From Antedon mediterranea (Eukaryota; Animalia; Echinodermata), in assembly GCF_964355755.1 (NCBI RefSeq), contig NC_092675.1, positions 15,410,912 to 15,474,911 on the forward strand: a stretch of DNA of 64,000 bases, read 5' to 3'. The position numbers were made by a program, and so were the translations under genes. The notes beneath the pieces were generated by a model that saw only the letters and a list, made by a program, of their open reading frames with translations, was not told the DNA's origin and searched no databases. Position 1 is the stretch's first letter; every line of letters begins with the position of its first letter. Shown one piece after another: positions 23,364 to 37,948 of this stretch.

Positions 23364-23911
23364 ACTACTGTACAGCAAGTTCTGGAAAAACATTTGCATT
23401 AACATTTATTCTTTATGATCTGAAGAAACATCTCTTTATTTATTGAACCCTACAAAAACCACATTAGTAATATTAAATATTAAACACTGTTCAATCACCA
23501 TGCAGAGGCGGATCAGCATGCTGAAATAAGGGGGACCCAGACCAGACATGAGCCACAGACCTCACATTGATTGGAGGCTGTGGCAAGGTATTGCTAAATC
23601 CAGCAAACCTCTAAAAAAAACATAGCAAACCATATTGAACCTACATAAAAGTGATTGAATTATGTAGACTGTAGTGTACAACCCACTAGGTATGTTTGTT
23701 TAAAACAAGAAATATTTCTTACAAAAAATGCTGCTCGACTTTTTGACTAACATTTAATCATTGTTTTTTTTCAGATATAATGATTTATTATTTTTGTTTA
23801 ACAGTAGTAAACATTTTGTGTAAATATACAGTAGCCTATGACTTGGCTCACACACATTACTAGTATATAGGCCCACTACCTAGGGATAACGATGCAACAT
23901 TAAAAGTTAAT

Positions 23912-26301
23912 TAGGGAGTTTTCGCAACCTTACGAATATGATAACGAAAACGGATACGTCACACATTTGTGAAACTTTTGAGCTGATCCCCATTTCATAT
24001 TCGTAAAGCGTATTCGTGTTGACGAATATCACCAGTCATATTCGTGACTACAAAACGAGTATAGTTTTTGATCTATTTTGCACATTTTGCATTTGAATCA
24101 GGAATGATTCATGATTATAATATAATTATACTTTTAGTAGGTATCCCAATGAAAAAATTCAAATTAATTTTTTTACTTTTTCTTTCAGTTAACCATAAAG
24201 AACTTAATGTAATTAGCATTTTGCAATTTAAATGATTGAAATCCGATTACCCGTTCTAAAGTTATGGTTATTTAAAGTGGTAAAAAAATATACGATTTTT
24301 TGCCTAAAAATGGTGTTTTTTGCAGTTGAAATTGGAAGCATTTTTAAAAGGTTATAACTTTTACAATAATTAGTTAAAAGTTTTGAATTTTGTTAAACCT
24401 ATAGATATCACAGAGTTGTACAACTCTATTTTTTTTGGAGCCTCAACGAAACCTATTTTTTAAATTATTGGTCCGCAAAGTGGTAGGAAAGCATTTAGCA
24501 CCCATTTTTGCTGGAATTCCCTAAAAAATGAAAAAACTGCAATTTTTCAATGATCTGTAACTTTTGAACTACTGTACTAATTCATTTAATTTTTTTTGTA
24601 CTTGTTAGAATGTAGTGTATATTTCATTAATAAATATATTTTAGATGTGTATATGAAAAAAAAAAAATTTTTAATGGTGAAATTTAAAATTATAAAAAAA
24701 AAAAATGAAAAAGTATGTTAAAAACGGTGTGTACTGTTTCCTTTCTTTTACACTAATTTTCGGTAAGTATAATTATTAGAATATTTTAATATACTTTATA
24801 TTTATAATTTCAATCATAAATACTATTATATATAACTTTTGAATACGTAAAACAAGATTTTAGGCCCGTATGATTATGACACCAAATCTAAGCCGGGCTG
24901 CTAAGTAAGATATGCTCTTTTAAGGCAAACGCACAATATGGGTCAAAATAAACTCATTTAAAATAATCAATGTTAATTAAAACAATTAATTGTTTACCTG
25001 AATAGTATATATAACATTATAAAAATTGTTTTCTTTTCGTATTATTACGTTATTAAATTGAAATACGGAGCTAAAGTTTAGGCCAAGTCACGGCTTACTC
25101 GCGATCAGTAGTCGCGACCGTTAAAGTATTTCGGTCGCAGTTAATGACTTTCGACCGCCGTATACAGATTCAAATGTAACGTTGGTAAATTAGCTTAATA
25201 AATGTCTTCGGTACATTTTAACCTAACGCATTTGCATTGTATACTTGCATAATAAATCTTCCGCACATTACATCAATTTTAAGTTGTTAAATTAATGTGT
25301 AAAACCAGATATTCTACGACGGAAAAGGACATGTCAATCTCCGACATTGCTGCTGTCACACATCTCGCGTCGAGCCGGTCGACCTCGAGCGAGGAAAACT
25401 AAACAACGTGTTCAAAATATGGAACGTACCATTCGCTGATAGGGTGCATTAATGTATTTAACGGAAAACGCCACAACAAACACGCGCGTATTTTAGAGTA
25501 CAATATTTTACTCACTACAATATTCACCGGATTATAATGGTTGGATCTTTAAAATTTTGAACGGGATTTACGCCTCATGCACCATTTTAAAATGTAGTTC
25601 GCACAATTACCATGCACAATACGTTTGTAAACTATGTTTTATCGATTTCAATGTAGATTTAGCTATAATTTAATACCAAAATCCATAATATTTTTCCATA
25701 AACGGTGAATCAAAATTGGATTTTTGTCACAAAAATTGACTTTTCGTTACGAAAAACCTATTTATAGAAGACGATTTTCGTATCAAATTAAAGCTTATTT
25801 AAAGCCTGATAACATACTACAAAAATTAATCCGCTAGCTCCAATGGTAATCGTGCGATCGTGTTTTGAAAACTGATGGGGATTTTCCGATGAGGTTTTCA
25901 ACGCGCGGAAATCGGCTCAACTGGATTTTAGAACCGTTTTAAAATCGCATTTTCTCGGCAACTAATTCATTAATTTTAATTATAAACACACTTATACATA
26001 GATTGTGCGCTTTCATTGGGATACCTACTTTTAGTGAAAGTAATTTACTATTTAAGTAATTTACTAAAATGCCAGGTCAATTTTGATAAATAGCAGTTCT
26101 TAAAGTCCTCACTCGCTTTGATGTTACGCTAGGCCTAGGCAGCCAAGCAACACGTACCTGCACTTCGCTCAAATTTTGGACGGCGCTCTCAATATTTCGT
26201 TGCCATGCGAAACAGATTTTTACTGGCTTACGAAAAACGAATACCTGTACGTGTGCGTGACGTATCCGTTTTTGTATTCGTAAGATTGCGAAAACTCCCT
26301 A
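23912..26301. mobile_element. MITE with TAGGGAGTTTTCGCAA TIRs (PIF/Harbinger-ISL2EU-like), expanded by a nested insertion
   Basis: TIR tagggagttttcgcaaccttacgaata...acggatacgtcac versus gtgacgtatccgt...tattcgtaagattgcgaaaactcccta; AT dinucleotide on both flanks. Confidence 0.8.
24139..26026. mobile_element. Non-autonomous DNA transposon with 16-bp TIR and 9-bp TSD (MULE-like)
   Basis: TIR AGGTATCCCAATGAAA / TTTCATTGGGATACCT; ACTTTTAGT duplicated at 24130-24138 and 26027-26035. Confidence 0.88.
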
Positions 26302-26589
26302 ATAGCACATATTGCCTGTTAATATTTTGAATCAATATTAAAATAAAGAAAGAATTATGAAAATCTGACTTGTACTTTTCGAAATATATACAATATACAT
26401 ATATAAACATCGCCAAAAATAATAGTTTTTAGCCATGAACGAAGTAGGCAATTGTATGAACTTTAAATTACAGTTTTTAGTAATATATTTTGTATATATC
26501 AACATTGTAAAATTCAATCAAATATGATATTACATGTATTAAATAAAAAGAGTGTTTATTTAACCTCATTCAAAGAATTTCAATACATG

Positions 26590-27376
26590 CCAGGAAGCGA
26601 TTTTTTTTTTTCGTACATAAGTTGGGGACCCCTCATGAAACGTCACAAAATAAACATGAATAATTCATCAGTTAAATTTGTTGTTCTGTGTGCACCCAAG
26701 CGTATAGCAACAAGTGATTACAACTGCGATACAAGTCTTTCTAGGCCTAGGATTCTAGGTCAATTTACATGATTGCCTTCGCGCACACTTCTTCACACAC
26801 CACTATGCAAAATGTGTCGAGGCAAATTAGTAGTACCGTAATTGGACAAAGAAAGCTTAGACCTATGAGAATGTGTATAATTTGTGTACTGTAATTTTTT
26901 ATTTCTGCTATTTTAAAAATGCGCGTATATGAACACATGACATGAAAGAATAAGAATAAAAAGAATAAAAAATGTACATACTGTATTTTTGTGTAATGTA
27001 ATTGATTAATTTTGCTGACTTAATACTCAAACTGTGTCATACCATGGAGTAACCTAACACACACACACGTCACACACAGACTACTAGAATAGATTACAAT
27101 AGACTAATAATTAGGCTTAATAGTATTAATATAAACTATAATTTTAACACGTAATTCTAAAGGCTGATTATTTCGACAATCCACACAAAATGCCGCTATT
27201 CTTTTATATCGCACGCCGCAACCACAGCGGAGATAGTATCGCAGTTGTAATCACTTGTTGCTATACGCTTGGGTGCACACGGAACAACAAATTTAACTGA
27301 TGAATTATTCATGTTTATTTTGTGACGTTTCATAAGAGATCCTCAACTTATGTACACAAAAAAAATCGCTGCCAGG
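26590..27376. mobile_element. MITE with ~140-bp TIRs and apparent 5-bp TSD (ACATG)
   Basis: 26590-26731 is the reverse complement of ~27236-27376; ACATG at 26585-26589 and 27377-27381. Confidence 0.85.
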
Positions 27377-27417
27377 ACATGCAGCAGTCAGTCAGAGACT
27401 CTCTAAGCGGTTTTGAC

Positions 27418-27935
27418 ACATTCTTAAAGTGGCTTTGGCCCTAGATTTCAAACTTAAGAATGATGAATCCTTAATCAGTATGTTCAAAAGTATGTGTAGT
27501 GTGAATTTTGTTGACGTACTCAAAATACTAATTAAATGTCTAATTATCACTAATTAAGGGCATTCTTAAGTTAATTTAGCACAGGAATGGTCATTTAAGA
27601 ATTACAGATTTATCATTTTGATTCCTGATAGGTCAAAGAACATTTTTAAATTGGTTTGGTCGATGTACAGTACTTAAAATATTAATTAAAATTGAATTTA
27701 ATTATTTTCATCTTTGACCCATTCTTAAGTGGCTTTGGCCCTGGATTTTAAACTTAAGAATGGTGAATCCTTAATCAGTATGTTCATAAGTATAATGTGA
27801 TGTGAATAAATGCTAATTAAATGTCTAAATGTAAATTTAGCACAGGAATGGTCACTTCTTAAGAATTATGGATATTGATTCCTGGTAGGTCAGAGAACAC
27901 TTTAGAATTGGTTTGTACTCGGTATGCTAATTAAA
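27418..27935. repeat. Diverged tandem duplication (~300-bp period)
   Basis: cattctta(a)agtggctttggccct...aacttaagaatg.tgaatccttaatcagtatgttca at ~27419 and ~27720; second copy carries deletions. Confidence 0.8.
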
Positions 27936-28246
27936 TCCAATATAGGGGTAATTTGGGTGGTTCCCACTTAAAATTGAACAGGACCCGTCACTTGAGAATT
28001 GCCATTTCTGGGTCCCAACCATGGCTTAGGTCCATCTCGGCCGCCGACAACCTCGGCCGCCGGTTACAGAACGCGATATTGTATGGAGCGCCAAAAGTGC
28101 CTGTTACTGTATGATATTGTAATAGTGACGACGTGGAATTACAGTCGAAGCGGCCGCCAACCAAAGCGGCTGCTAGTTCAATAACGGTAATCTGTATGGA
28201 ACGCCCTGTGCGCTTTGATTGTCGTTGTTTTGTAATCTTAGATATA

Positions 28247-28828
28247 TAATGCAATACTGTAGAAAGATTCGATAGTATGTAAATGAGATATAAAGATTCG
28301 GCAATACCGTACGTAAATTATTAATGCAATACTGTATAAAGATTCGATAGTATGTAAATGAGATATTAAGATTCGGCAATACCGTACGTAAATTATTAAT
28401 GCAATACTGCATAAAGATTCGATAGTATGTAAATGAGATATAAAGATTCGGCAATACCGTACGTAAATTATTAATGCAATACTGTATAAAGATTCGATAG
28501 TATGTAAATGAGATATTAAGATTCGGCAATACCGTACGTAAATTATTAATGCAATACTGCATAAAGATTCGATAGTATGTAAATGAGATATAAAGATTCG
28601 GCAATACCGTACGTAAATTATTAATGCAATACTGTATAAAGATTTGATAGTATGTAAATGAGATATTAAGATTCGGCAATTACCGTACGTAAATTATTTA
28701 ATGCAATATACTGTATAAAGATTTGATAGTATGTAAATGAGATATTAAGATTCGGCAATACCATACGTAAATTATTTAATGCAATACTGTATAAAGATTT
28801 GATAGTATGTAAATGAGATATAAAGATT
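28247..28828. repeat. 75-bp minisatellite (~7.7 copies) with 150-bp higher-order dimer
   Basis: Unit taatgcaatactg(t/c)ataaagattcgatagtatgtaaatgagata(ta/tt)aagattcggcaataccgtacgtaaattat; variants alternate. Confidence 0.95.
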
Positions 28829-31800
28829 ATTTTTATACTTATGCATACTGTGGCAGATTATATCATATCTGTGTCGTTAACAACATACTATTCGATCACC
28901 TTATTTTTATTTCTACTGTATTTTATTTATATCCGTAATGTAGGATAATATTAAGTTTATAATGATTATTGTTGAGGCACATCACGTGTATATTTTATTT
29001 CTAATGTTTAAAATAGTTTTTAATAAAATGATCATTATATGCGAGTTACTGAAATAAACCCCCGAATAAGCCATATTGGAGATGCGCCTTCTATGATCGT
29101 GCAGCTGTTTCCCATAACAATACGTTATTTTGGTGACGGGGTTTCCCCTTTTTAAAAAAAATGCACTTGTTAGTGTGTCAAATCATGGACAAAACACGTA
29201 CGATCGTTGTCCATGGCCAGGTAAAGATGACGTCTATTACTAATAACCATACGTTTGAAACGTCTATAGGAGGCTTCTTGCACGTGTTTTTGTGAAACAA
29301 TCCAATGAGCTATGCTCGACGCTATTATGAGATCATGTTCCGAATATGAGCACTGTTTCTATAATTTGACAGTAGGATTTATACATAATTTACGTATATA
29401 CGTCGACGATACTATAGATTTTAATTTGAAAAATCTTTTATTTCTTCATTTATAATAATCATTTAATGTAAATAATTAAGTGCAAGTTAGTGTCTCACAT
29501 TCATACGCTGTTCGTAAATCTAAATGTTTAAATATCAGTACAGATTACCTCTTTGAGAATCGTGTCCACCTTATTATCCATACATTATTCTCACATCTAT
29601 CATTAATTGTACATCATAGTCCTACTGTAGGGCCGGTAGATTGATTTATAACGGCATAGTATCTACATATTTTATTATTATCCCAAAACCATGCTGCTCA
29701 CTTCAAAGTGGCGGATATCGAATGCAAAAATCATCATCCATGCATCATCTTCCTTTATTGCATAAACCTCCTAAGCCACCCCTAAGCTGGTATAGAACGA
29801 GTTTCATAATTAACTGTGATTAACCGATATCAAACGTAACTAATATGATAAAAAGCGTATCTAGCGGCGCTCCATACAAAATACCGGATGTTGATTTTAT
29901 CGCGACCGATTTCAAGCGCGACCGATTTCAAGCGCGACCGATTTCATCTGACACCTTTAGGGGTATCACAAATAATATTTTTTTAAAGTTAGCCAGCTTT
30001 AGATATAAAATAAATCGAATAGTAAAATATATTGATATTGATTGATATCACTACTAACTACTAATTTATTAATCTGAAAAATTTAGAAAAAAAGCACCAC
30101 GATAAGCGCTTAAAGCACTCAAAAGGTTAAAAGTCAAGGTCATTGTAAACAAATTTTCAACAAAAAAAAGAGTAAATCGAATTTACATGCGCAGTTTGCT
30201 GTGCATGAATCGTAACAACAAATTATACAAAATACTCACAACTTTTTTTTAAAAAATATGCTTCTAAATATATAAAAACAATTGTTGAAGTTAGTTTGAA
30301 AATAAAATTCGAAAATATAACCGTTTTTCGAAGCACGCTGTTCGAAACGCGACAGGCGCGTTGAATGAATCTAGGCCTAAACATACAACGTAAAATCGTC
30401 TAAAATCCATCTTTATTTCTAATAATCACTATTTTGAAGCTTGTATACAATAAATGTATAATAAATAAAGATTATGTATCAGTTACAGTGTCTAAATCGT
30501 CATATTTCCATGTAAAAATGTGATTTTTCTACCGGAGAAAAGTCGTGAAGATGTCCTCACGAGGGCCGCGCCATATTGTTTACCTTTGATTGTAATATGA
30601 ACCCTGACATGTCAGATGCATTATGGGTATGAAATATTTGTTCAAATTCTGCGCAAAGGTCAGTTTATTGAAGCATAACTTTTGACAAACATTTTGATAC
30701 CAAACTTGTTTTAATTTCATAAGTTTTCGACGCATTTTCGTCAAATTTTCTGCAAGCTACACGTCTAAAACAGCGGACTAAGCTCCCGAGGGATGCCGGT
30801 GCGCGTGGGAATCGCGAATTCCAAGTCGCTTTCGGGATGTTTTTTTTAACATTCCCGGTGAACAAACAGCGGCGAGGACGCTCTCGGGGCGGCTCCCGAT
30901 AGGCCTAGGCCCCATATGGTCATCGTCGGATGAGTCAGTCTACTAATTTCTTCATAATTTCGAAACCGGTCATTCATAATGGTCAAGTTTGGTCTTATTT
31001 TGAAGAGAAGAAATAGGTTCTGATGAAGAGATGAGTTTTATTATGAAATATTTATTAATTTTTGTGCATTTGGTAGTCAAAGATAAATTACAAATTTTTA
31101 ATAATTTTCCTAAAATATTTCTAAAATTTGCATAATCCATACTCCGCCAAAATAAGTTGTAACACAAATTTGATAACATATTTGGAAATAAAATGTCCTT
31201 TGAATTATTTTTGTTTTTTAATTTTTTTAATGTCTGTGTTTAGAAAAAAAGTTAGGGTTAATTATATGACATATGCTTTTTGGGTCCCAGGGGAGCAAAA
31301 TAAACTTAGGGGTCAATGGGTTAAAACAATAATTAAAAGTTAATTAATGAATTTATTAATTAGTATACATGTAGAATACGTGCGTATGCGCTGCATTACA
31401 TTTTAATTACTCGCAATACAAGCATCGGTGGCGTGCCATACAATTCGGCTTTTTAATCTGGCAGCCGAGATGGATCTAACCCCCAACCATACCCCATAAT
31501 ATCTACATACTCCACACCTCAAACCTTTTGTAGGTACTAACATTGCTAAAGAAAACCTTCTGGGCTCCCAGACTAGTTTGCTAGCACACACTATGGAGTG
31601 ACATTTCAGGCGAACAATCTAGGTACCATTTATCATGAAATTTACGTGCAAGAGTACAATTTCTGGACTTACCTATCTGTCTCGTACAACTCTTTACCAA
31701 AGAATAATTATAATTATATAACAAGAATGAGTATTCCGCGATTTTTGCATGAGAAATTTGTAACAGAGAGCTCCAGAGAGTGATGCCCGCCCTCATAAGG

Positions 31801-32523
31801 GCGGATGTATACATACTAAATAAGACTTCATTTAATAGATATTATACATGTCACATTAAATAGAATTATGATAATAGTTTTTGCAATTGTAAACTATCTT
31901 AGAATGCATATTTATTAACAAACTAGTGTACATTCACTTTTACAGACAATTATTTACTAACATGCTAAGTTAGTTCACAAAAAAGGCTTAACACAGCAAC
32001 ACCAAAAATCAACAAATCGTTACTCAGCACGGCCTATTCTTTACCATTGCCGTGTACTACTCTACGCCCGGTAAATTAAGTATTGTTTTTATGATATAAA
32101 TTAGTATAAAATACATGTTATTAATAGGACAAAATGTTAAATATCATTAACATTTATTTGTTTTACCAGAAACAAGTTAAATATAGGAATATTATTAAAC
32201 TATCCTTCGTGAAAACGCGTAAACACCAACACGCCCGGTCACGCTATCGTAGCGCCCGGTTGATAAAGCAAACTGTTTATACGGCAGTTTTTACTAAATA
32301 AATTGCATAAAACGAACAATTAAATATCCAAATAGTATTTAACATGATGTTGGCATGTAGTTGATAACATTTTTTATCATGAAAATACTACCGGTGGTCT
32401 AGCCTTTGATTATTGAAACCGTCACAAAAAGTTGTATACATCCCAGATACATCCACACTTATGGCGGCGCCCTACCACATGGACAATATTATTGTTACAG
32501 GGTAAATCGCGGATTACTCATTC

Positions 32524-33756
32524 TTATTTATTTATTTATTTATTTATTTGGAATTACACCTTTAGATCGGTGGCACACTTAGCACAAAGGTGCACCCTTC
32601 AACAATATAAAATATAACAATTAACAGAAAAGTAAAAAAGGCAAAAGCAACTATCAACCCCTATCCTACCCCCCCCCCCCCCCCAATTTACATCGATACA
32701 TACAGTAGATCATTACTTTACACAATGAATACAAAACAAGATATAGTAAAAGTGTATAAAATAAAATAAAATCAACGGATAAACATAGCTTATTACGAAA
32801 AACCCCCAACTCCCCCCCCCCCCCCCCCCCACTTTTTCAATTTACTTAATGTAGCAATGTAGATAACATAGTTATTGAGTCATGGAATTCAGTGAATCAT
32901 TTCGAAATTGCCATGCTTGTTTTAGGTATCTTTTACAAAAACTATCCAAAATATTTTCACACTCTTCATCAATTAAATTATCTGAGTATCCCAAAATATA
33001 TTTAAGTTTGTCATTTTCAGGAGAAGTATAAAAAGTATCAAACATATCTTTGCTGCCATTTCTATACATATCCACATATAAATTAAATAATTCCTGATTA
33101 CGTATATTATTTAAAGCTGGACAATTAAGGATGAAATGATGGATGTTTTCGTCCGAATTTGTACCGCACAATTTACATTTTTTATTATTATCAATATTCC
33201 AATTTGCAGTTCTATCATTCAAAGGTAGAGTATTTGAACGAGCTTTAAATTTTAATGCAGCACCTTCAAAATTAGTTTTATCAATTAAGTAATTTTCAAG
33301 TCCAGGTTTTGATTTTAATGTTTCATAGATGTGGAGACTTGATTTATTTTGTAATTCAATTCTCCATTCATCTATCATTATATAGTTAAGTTTTCTTAAG
33401 ATTTCAGAAATTGGAAAGTAGACTTCTTTATAATTTGAGAGAGTGGTGAAAATATTTTTGGATTCACAATTACACTTCAAGAGAATATCGTTTATACAAG
33501 ATAGAAGCTTATACCTTAAGTCTTTAAATTCACAATTAAGTTGTAGCATTCCAATAAACATAATTTTTGGCCATCGATAGTTTTCCATCTTTATAATTCT
33601 ATGGAAGTATTTCATACGAAGAGCGTTATGAATCTCGTTAATTGGAGACCAACCAAGCTCTCCATATAAGGCGACACAAGGTGTATTTCGAGGTGCTTTT
33701 AAGATATAACGCGCCATTTGGAGCTGGAGACGCTCTAGTTTATCTATATCTATTCT
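32524..33756 (-). mobile_element. RTEX-like LINE, 3' part (post-RT region, CCHC finger, 3' UTR, (TAAA)n tail)
   Basis: ORF 32872-33789: TPCVALYGELGWSP...CKLCGTNSDENIHHFILNCP; continues the frame of 38784-39254 across the Tx1 insertion. Confidence 0.85.
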
Positions 33757-34127
33757 TTTTTTTTCTCTCTTTTGTGGCGAAAACACCACTTTTATTCACA
33801 TTCATATTATCTCATATTACATAAAATCGTATTATTTAACTTGTAAATGTCGTTACAGTTCATAAGTAACATTTTTACATATATGAATTCTGTATTACTC
33901 CTTTTTTCATTAATTTTCGTATATTTTGTTATACACTTGACAGGATCATCATTGTCATCTATCCCGTTTTAAAATAGTTCACACATTTTCATTTGTTTGT
34001 TTTCATTTTACAACCCGGATTATACAATATATTTATATACATGATAAAAAAAAACAATAATAACTCAGTACCACCAGTAACCCGTATCACTGTAATTCTT
34101 TTTCGGTTAATCGTATCAAATTAGAAA

Positions 34128-37100
34128 TTATATTATCATAATCTTATTTCTTAAAGCTACCCATTTTTCTATACTTGTTTCTTTATTGTTATATGTTTCA
34201 CATTCAATGTTATATAACATATTGCTTTTAAATGAATTCCATAAAGATTTACCCACTGGCTTATTTAGTGCAGATAACATTTTTATTCTATAAATAGTAA
34301 ATGCTGCAAAAGTGTAAATATAATCTATTAGCTTATCTCCCGTTCCTAGTATTAATTGTTTAAATGATATATTATTGTGATTTAAACTTACAAAGATACT
34401 AAGCATTTTCCTCCAATATTTCTGAATAAATCTACAACTAAAAAACAAATGATTTTCATTTTCAATTTCTCCACATTTGTCACACGTTTGTGTTTCATTA
34501 ACTTTCCACTGATACAGCCGTTTGTTGGTAGGCAGTATTCTATGTAACATCTTATAATTGAATTGTGCTAGTTTCTTATCTTTCATTTTACATACTTTCC
34601 GTAACCAAGAAGTTTTCCAATCAATGTTGTTATCATTGAAGTACTCTTCCCATTTTAGTTGTGACATTGGAATAATGAAATATTCTTTCACAAACCATGA
34701 GTATATTAGTTTGGTAGTATTAATCTCATACTTGGTCCCAACTAATTCATCATTATCATCACAATTGAAAATATCTACCTCCTTAATAATACGTTTCCAT
34801 TGAATTGGTATTGCCTTAATAATGCACAAATACTCATTTAACCAGTTTGTTTTACATTGTAGTTTCACCAGTATTTCGTTTGATGTTAAAAAAGTGTTCT
34901 TATTAACAATGTCTTTAATACTGATAATGCCACTGTCAATCCAATGCTTGTAGAAAAGCGATTTTTTTTTAGTTTAACGTAATGGTTTCCCCACAGTTGC
35001 TCATTCATTATATCGTTATAAGTTTCAGGGTTTTTTTTAGAGATTCTGTTATAATTTATGTAGGCTTTTATCATATTTTTGTAAAACAGTGGAATTTTAT
35101 CAGAATTAACATCAATAATGTTATAACATGACATATTAAGTAAAACATTAACATCACATATTTTTTTAATATAATACATTGGAATATTTTTCCATTTAGC
35201 ACCATCATCATTCATAATTCTTTTTAACCAGCCACACATGAGTGCGTTAACATGAAAAGTAAAATCAGGCATTTTAATGCCTCCCATCTCAACATCACCA
35301 ATTAGAGTTTTTCTTTTTATCTTTTCCCTTTTATTGTTCCAAATAAAATTATATATTAGATTTGTAACTTGTGTATATACATATTTTGGAACATCAGTGA
35401 TATTTGCAGCATATGTTAATTTAGATAGTGCAAGAATTTTCAGGATTATTATTCTACCAAAAATTGAGAGATTTCTAGCATTCCATTGTTTTAAAGTCTT
35501 TTCTAGCTCTATTAATTTAACATCCCAGTTTTTTCTGGTACATTCTTCTGTATTATATCCTACATATATGCCTAAAATTTTGATCGGGTGTTTTACCCAA
35601 TTTAATTCTAAAGGTCTATCTATTCTGTTCTTCCATTTACCAATCCAAAAAGCATTGGTTTTTTTTTTATTTAGTGTCATTCCAGATACTTCACAAAAAC
35701 GTTCAATTACACTGACTGCTGACTTAATACTTTTGTCATTACCAACATACAAAACAGTATCATCGGCTAATTGGCTTATTCTAGCTTCTATGTTATTTTC
35801 ATTATTTGGAAGTTTAATACCCTTATAGTCATCTTTGTTTCTTATTCTAGATGCCATTACTTCAACCACTAAAATGAATAACAGAGCAGATAGAGGACAA
35901 CCTTGTCTAATACCTCTTTCCATTTTAAAATTGTTTGAAACCCAACCATTGTTAACTGTGACACATTCAACGTTATTGTATAATACTTTTACCCAGTTAC
36001 AAAAGAACATTCCAAAGTTAAACTTTTCTAGAACATTGAACATAAAATCTCTACTAATAGAGTCAAAAGCCTTCTTAAAATCTACGGTAATTATTGCCCC
36101 TTCGATACCATTACACTCTGTATAATAAAGCAGGTCTTCTATTAACCGAATGTTTTCACCAGCGAAACGGCCTTTTATATAACCTTTTTGGTCTGAACTT
36201 ACTATTGATTTAATAACCATTTTAAGTCTGTTACTTAATACATGTGCAAGAATTTTGTAATCGGTGTTTAAGAGGGTAATGGGACGCCAATTATTCAAAT
36301 TTTCTCTTTCTCCATCCTTGAACAAAAGGGTGATTACACCTCGTTTTTGCGAAAAGGATAATTCTTGAGAATTATAACTTTCATTTAACGCATCGCAAAT
36401 TAAATGTTTAATATTATTCCAAAAGAACACATAAAATTCAACACTTAGACCATCCGATCCAGGTGTTTTATTTTTTTCCATCATTGAAATGGCCTTTTTA
36501 CATTCATCAATAGTGACGTAACCTTCACAATTTTCTTTTTCTATTTCTGAAAGCTTGTTTATAGTAGAATTACAAAGGTATTTATTAATTTTTCCAGGGT
36601 TTATAACATTTTTTGCGTATAAACCTTCGAAATGTTGTATTTGTTCCTTTAAGATATCAATTGGGCTCGTTGCTAAGCTCCCATCTTTAGTAATTAAAAT
36701 TTTTATGTGTTTCTTTTTACTTTTGGATCTTTCTAACCCAAGAAAGTATTTTGTATTCCGCTCGCCTTCCTCTATCCATTTTACTCTGGACCTAATTTGC
36801 GCGCCTTTTGCTTCTACATTATAAATGTTTTCAAGCTCTATTTTTTTGTTTTCAATTTTATTTTCAATGGTTATATCACAATTTTGAGTATTCATAATTG
36901 TTTCATTTAAGTTTTTTATTTGTTTTTGTAATTTTTCTTTCTTTTTATTCTGGTTTTTATTTTTTTGTTTTCCGTATGCAATTGAAAATTCTTTTATTTT
37001 TGTTTTTACAAGCTCCCATAACAAACTTGCACTTACAGGTTCTCTATTATTTTTTAGTATTGAAACATCAATTATTTTAATTACTAATTTTGTAAATGTT

Positions 37101-37888
37101 TCATCTTTCAGAAAGCTATTGTTGAACATCCATAAACCAGGACCGCGTATTTTTTCATGCAAATCTATTTTAATTGATACCGCCTGGTGGTCTGTGAGAA
37201 TGGCTGGACGAATGTCACAGGCTAAAACATCTCCATTTGAAAAGAGATCTTCTGATATTAACCAGTAATCCAGCCTACGGAAAATGTTGTTAAATCTCTT
37301 ACGCCACGTAAATTGTCGCTTATTCATGTTTTTGGATCTCCAAATATCATTTAAATTTAAATTTTTTATTAGGTTTTTAATCGTAAAAACAGATTTATCA
37401 GACCTATTTGCGCTACCTTTTTGGTCAATGTCACTATTCATGATGCAATTCAGATCTCCACCTAGAATGATAGAATTACCCTTCCCTCCATCAAAGTCAT
37501 TGTAACATTTGTGTATGGTCCTAAAGAATGCACTTCTATTTTTGCTTTCATTAGGAGCATACATATTTATAATGTCCAATTCCTTTTCATTTATCATTAA
37601 ATTAAGAAATATATATCTTCCATCAATATCAGTTAACTTTTTAACAATTTTGCATTCAAGACCTTTTCGTAATAGTATCGACACTCCTCTACTATGTGAA
37701 TTACCTATACTATGGATCGCTTCACCTTCCCAAACAAAGTTTGATTTATTAATAATCTTATTTGTTAGATGGGTTTCCTGAAGCAGACATATATCCGCTT
37801 TTTGATCTTTTACCCATTAGAATAGTTTTTGTTGCTTATTTATATTTCTAGCTCCTCTAAAGTTTAGTTTCATACAATGTAAATTCAT
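34128..37888 (-). pseudogene. Tx1 ORF2 (endonuclease-reverse transcriptase), nearly intact
   Basis: ATG at 37888; in-frame TAA at 37817-37819; LQETH, GGDLN, RLDYW, TDH, QGCPLS, QLADDT motifs; one frameshift near the T-run at ~34965. Confidence 0.92.
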
Positions 37889-37948
37889 AAGATTAGAGTA
37901 AAGAGCTTCCTAGGGAAATTACAATATTTAGAATACATATTATTAAGA

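Noticed and set aside
28173-28679. 168-aa repetitive ORF
   Set aside because: Translation of the 75-bp minisatellite; the frame breaks in adjacent units.
29956-31324. piggyBac-like element ending ...gtcaatggg TTAA
   Set aside because: No matching left TIR found in the window, so boundaries cannot be supported.
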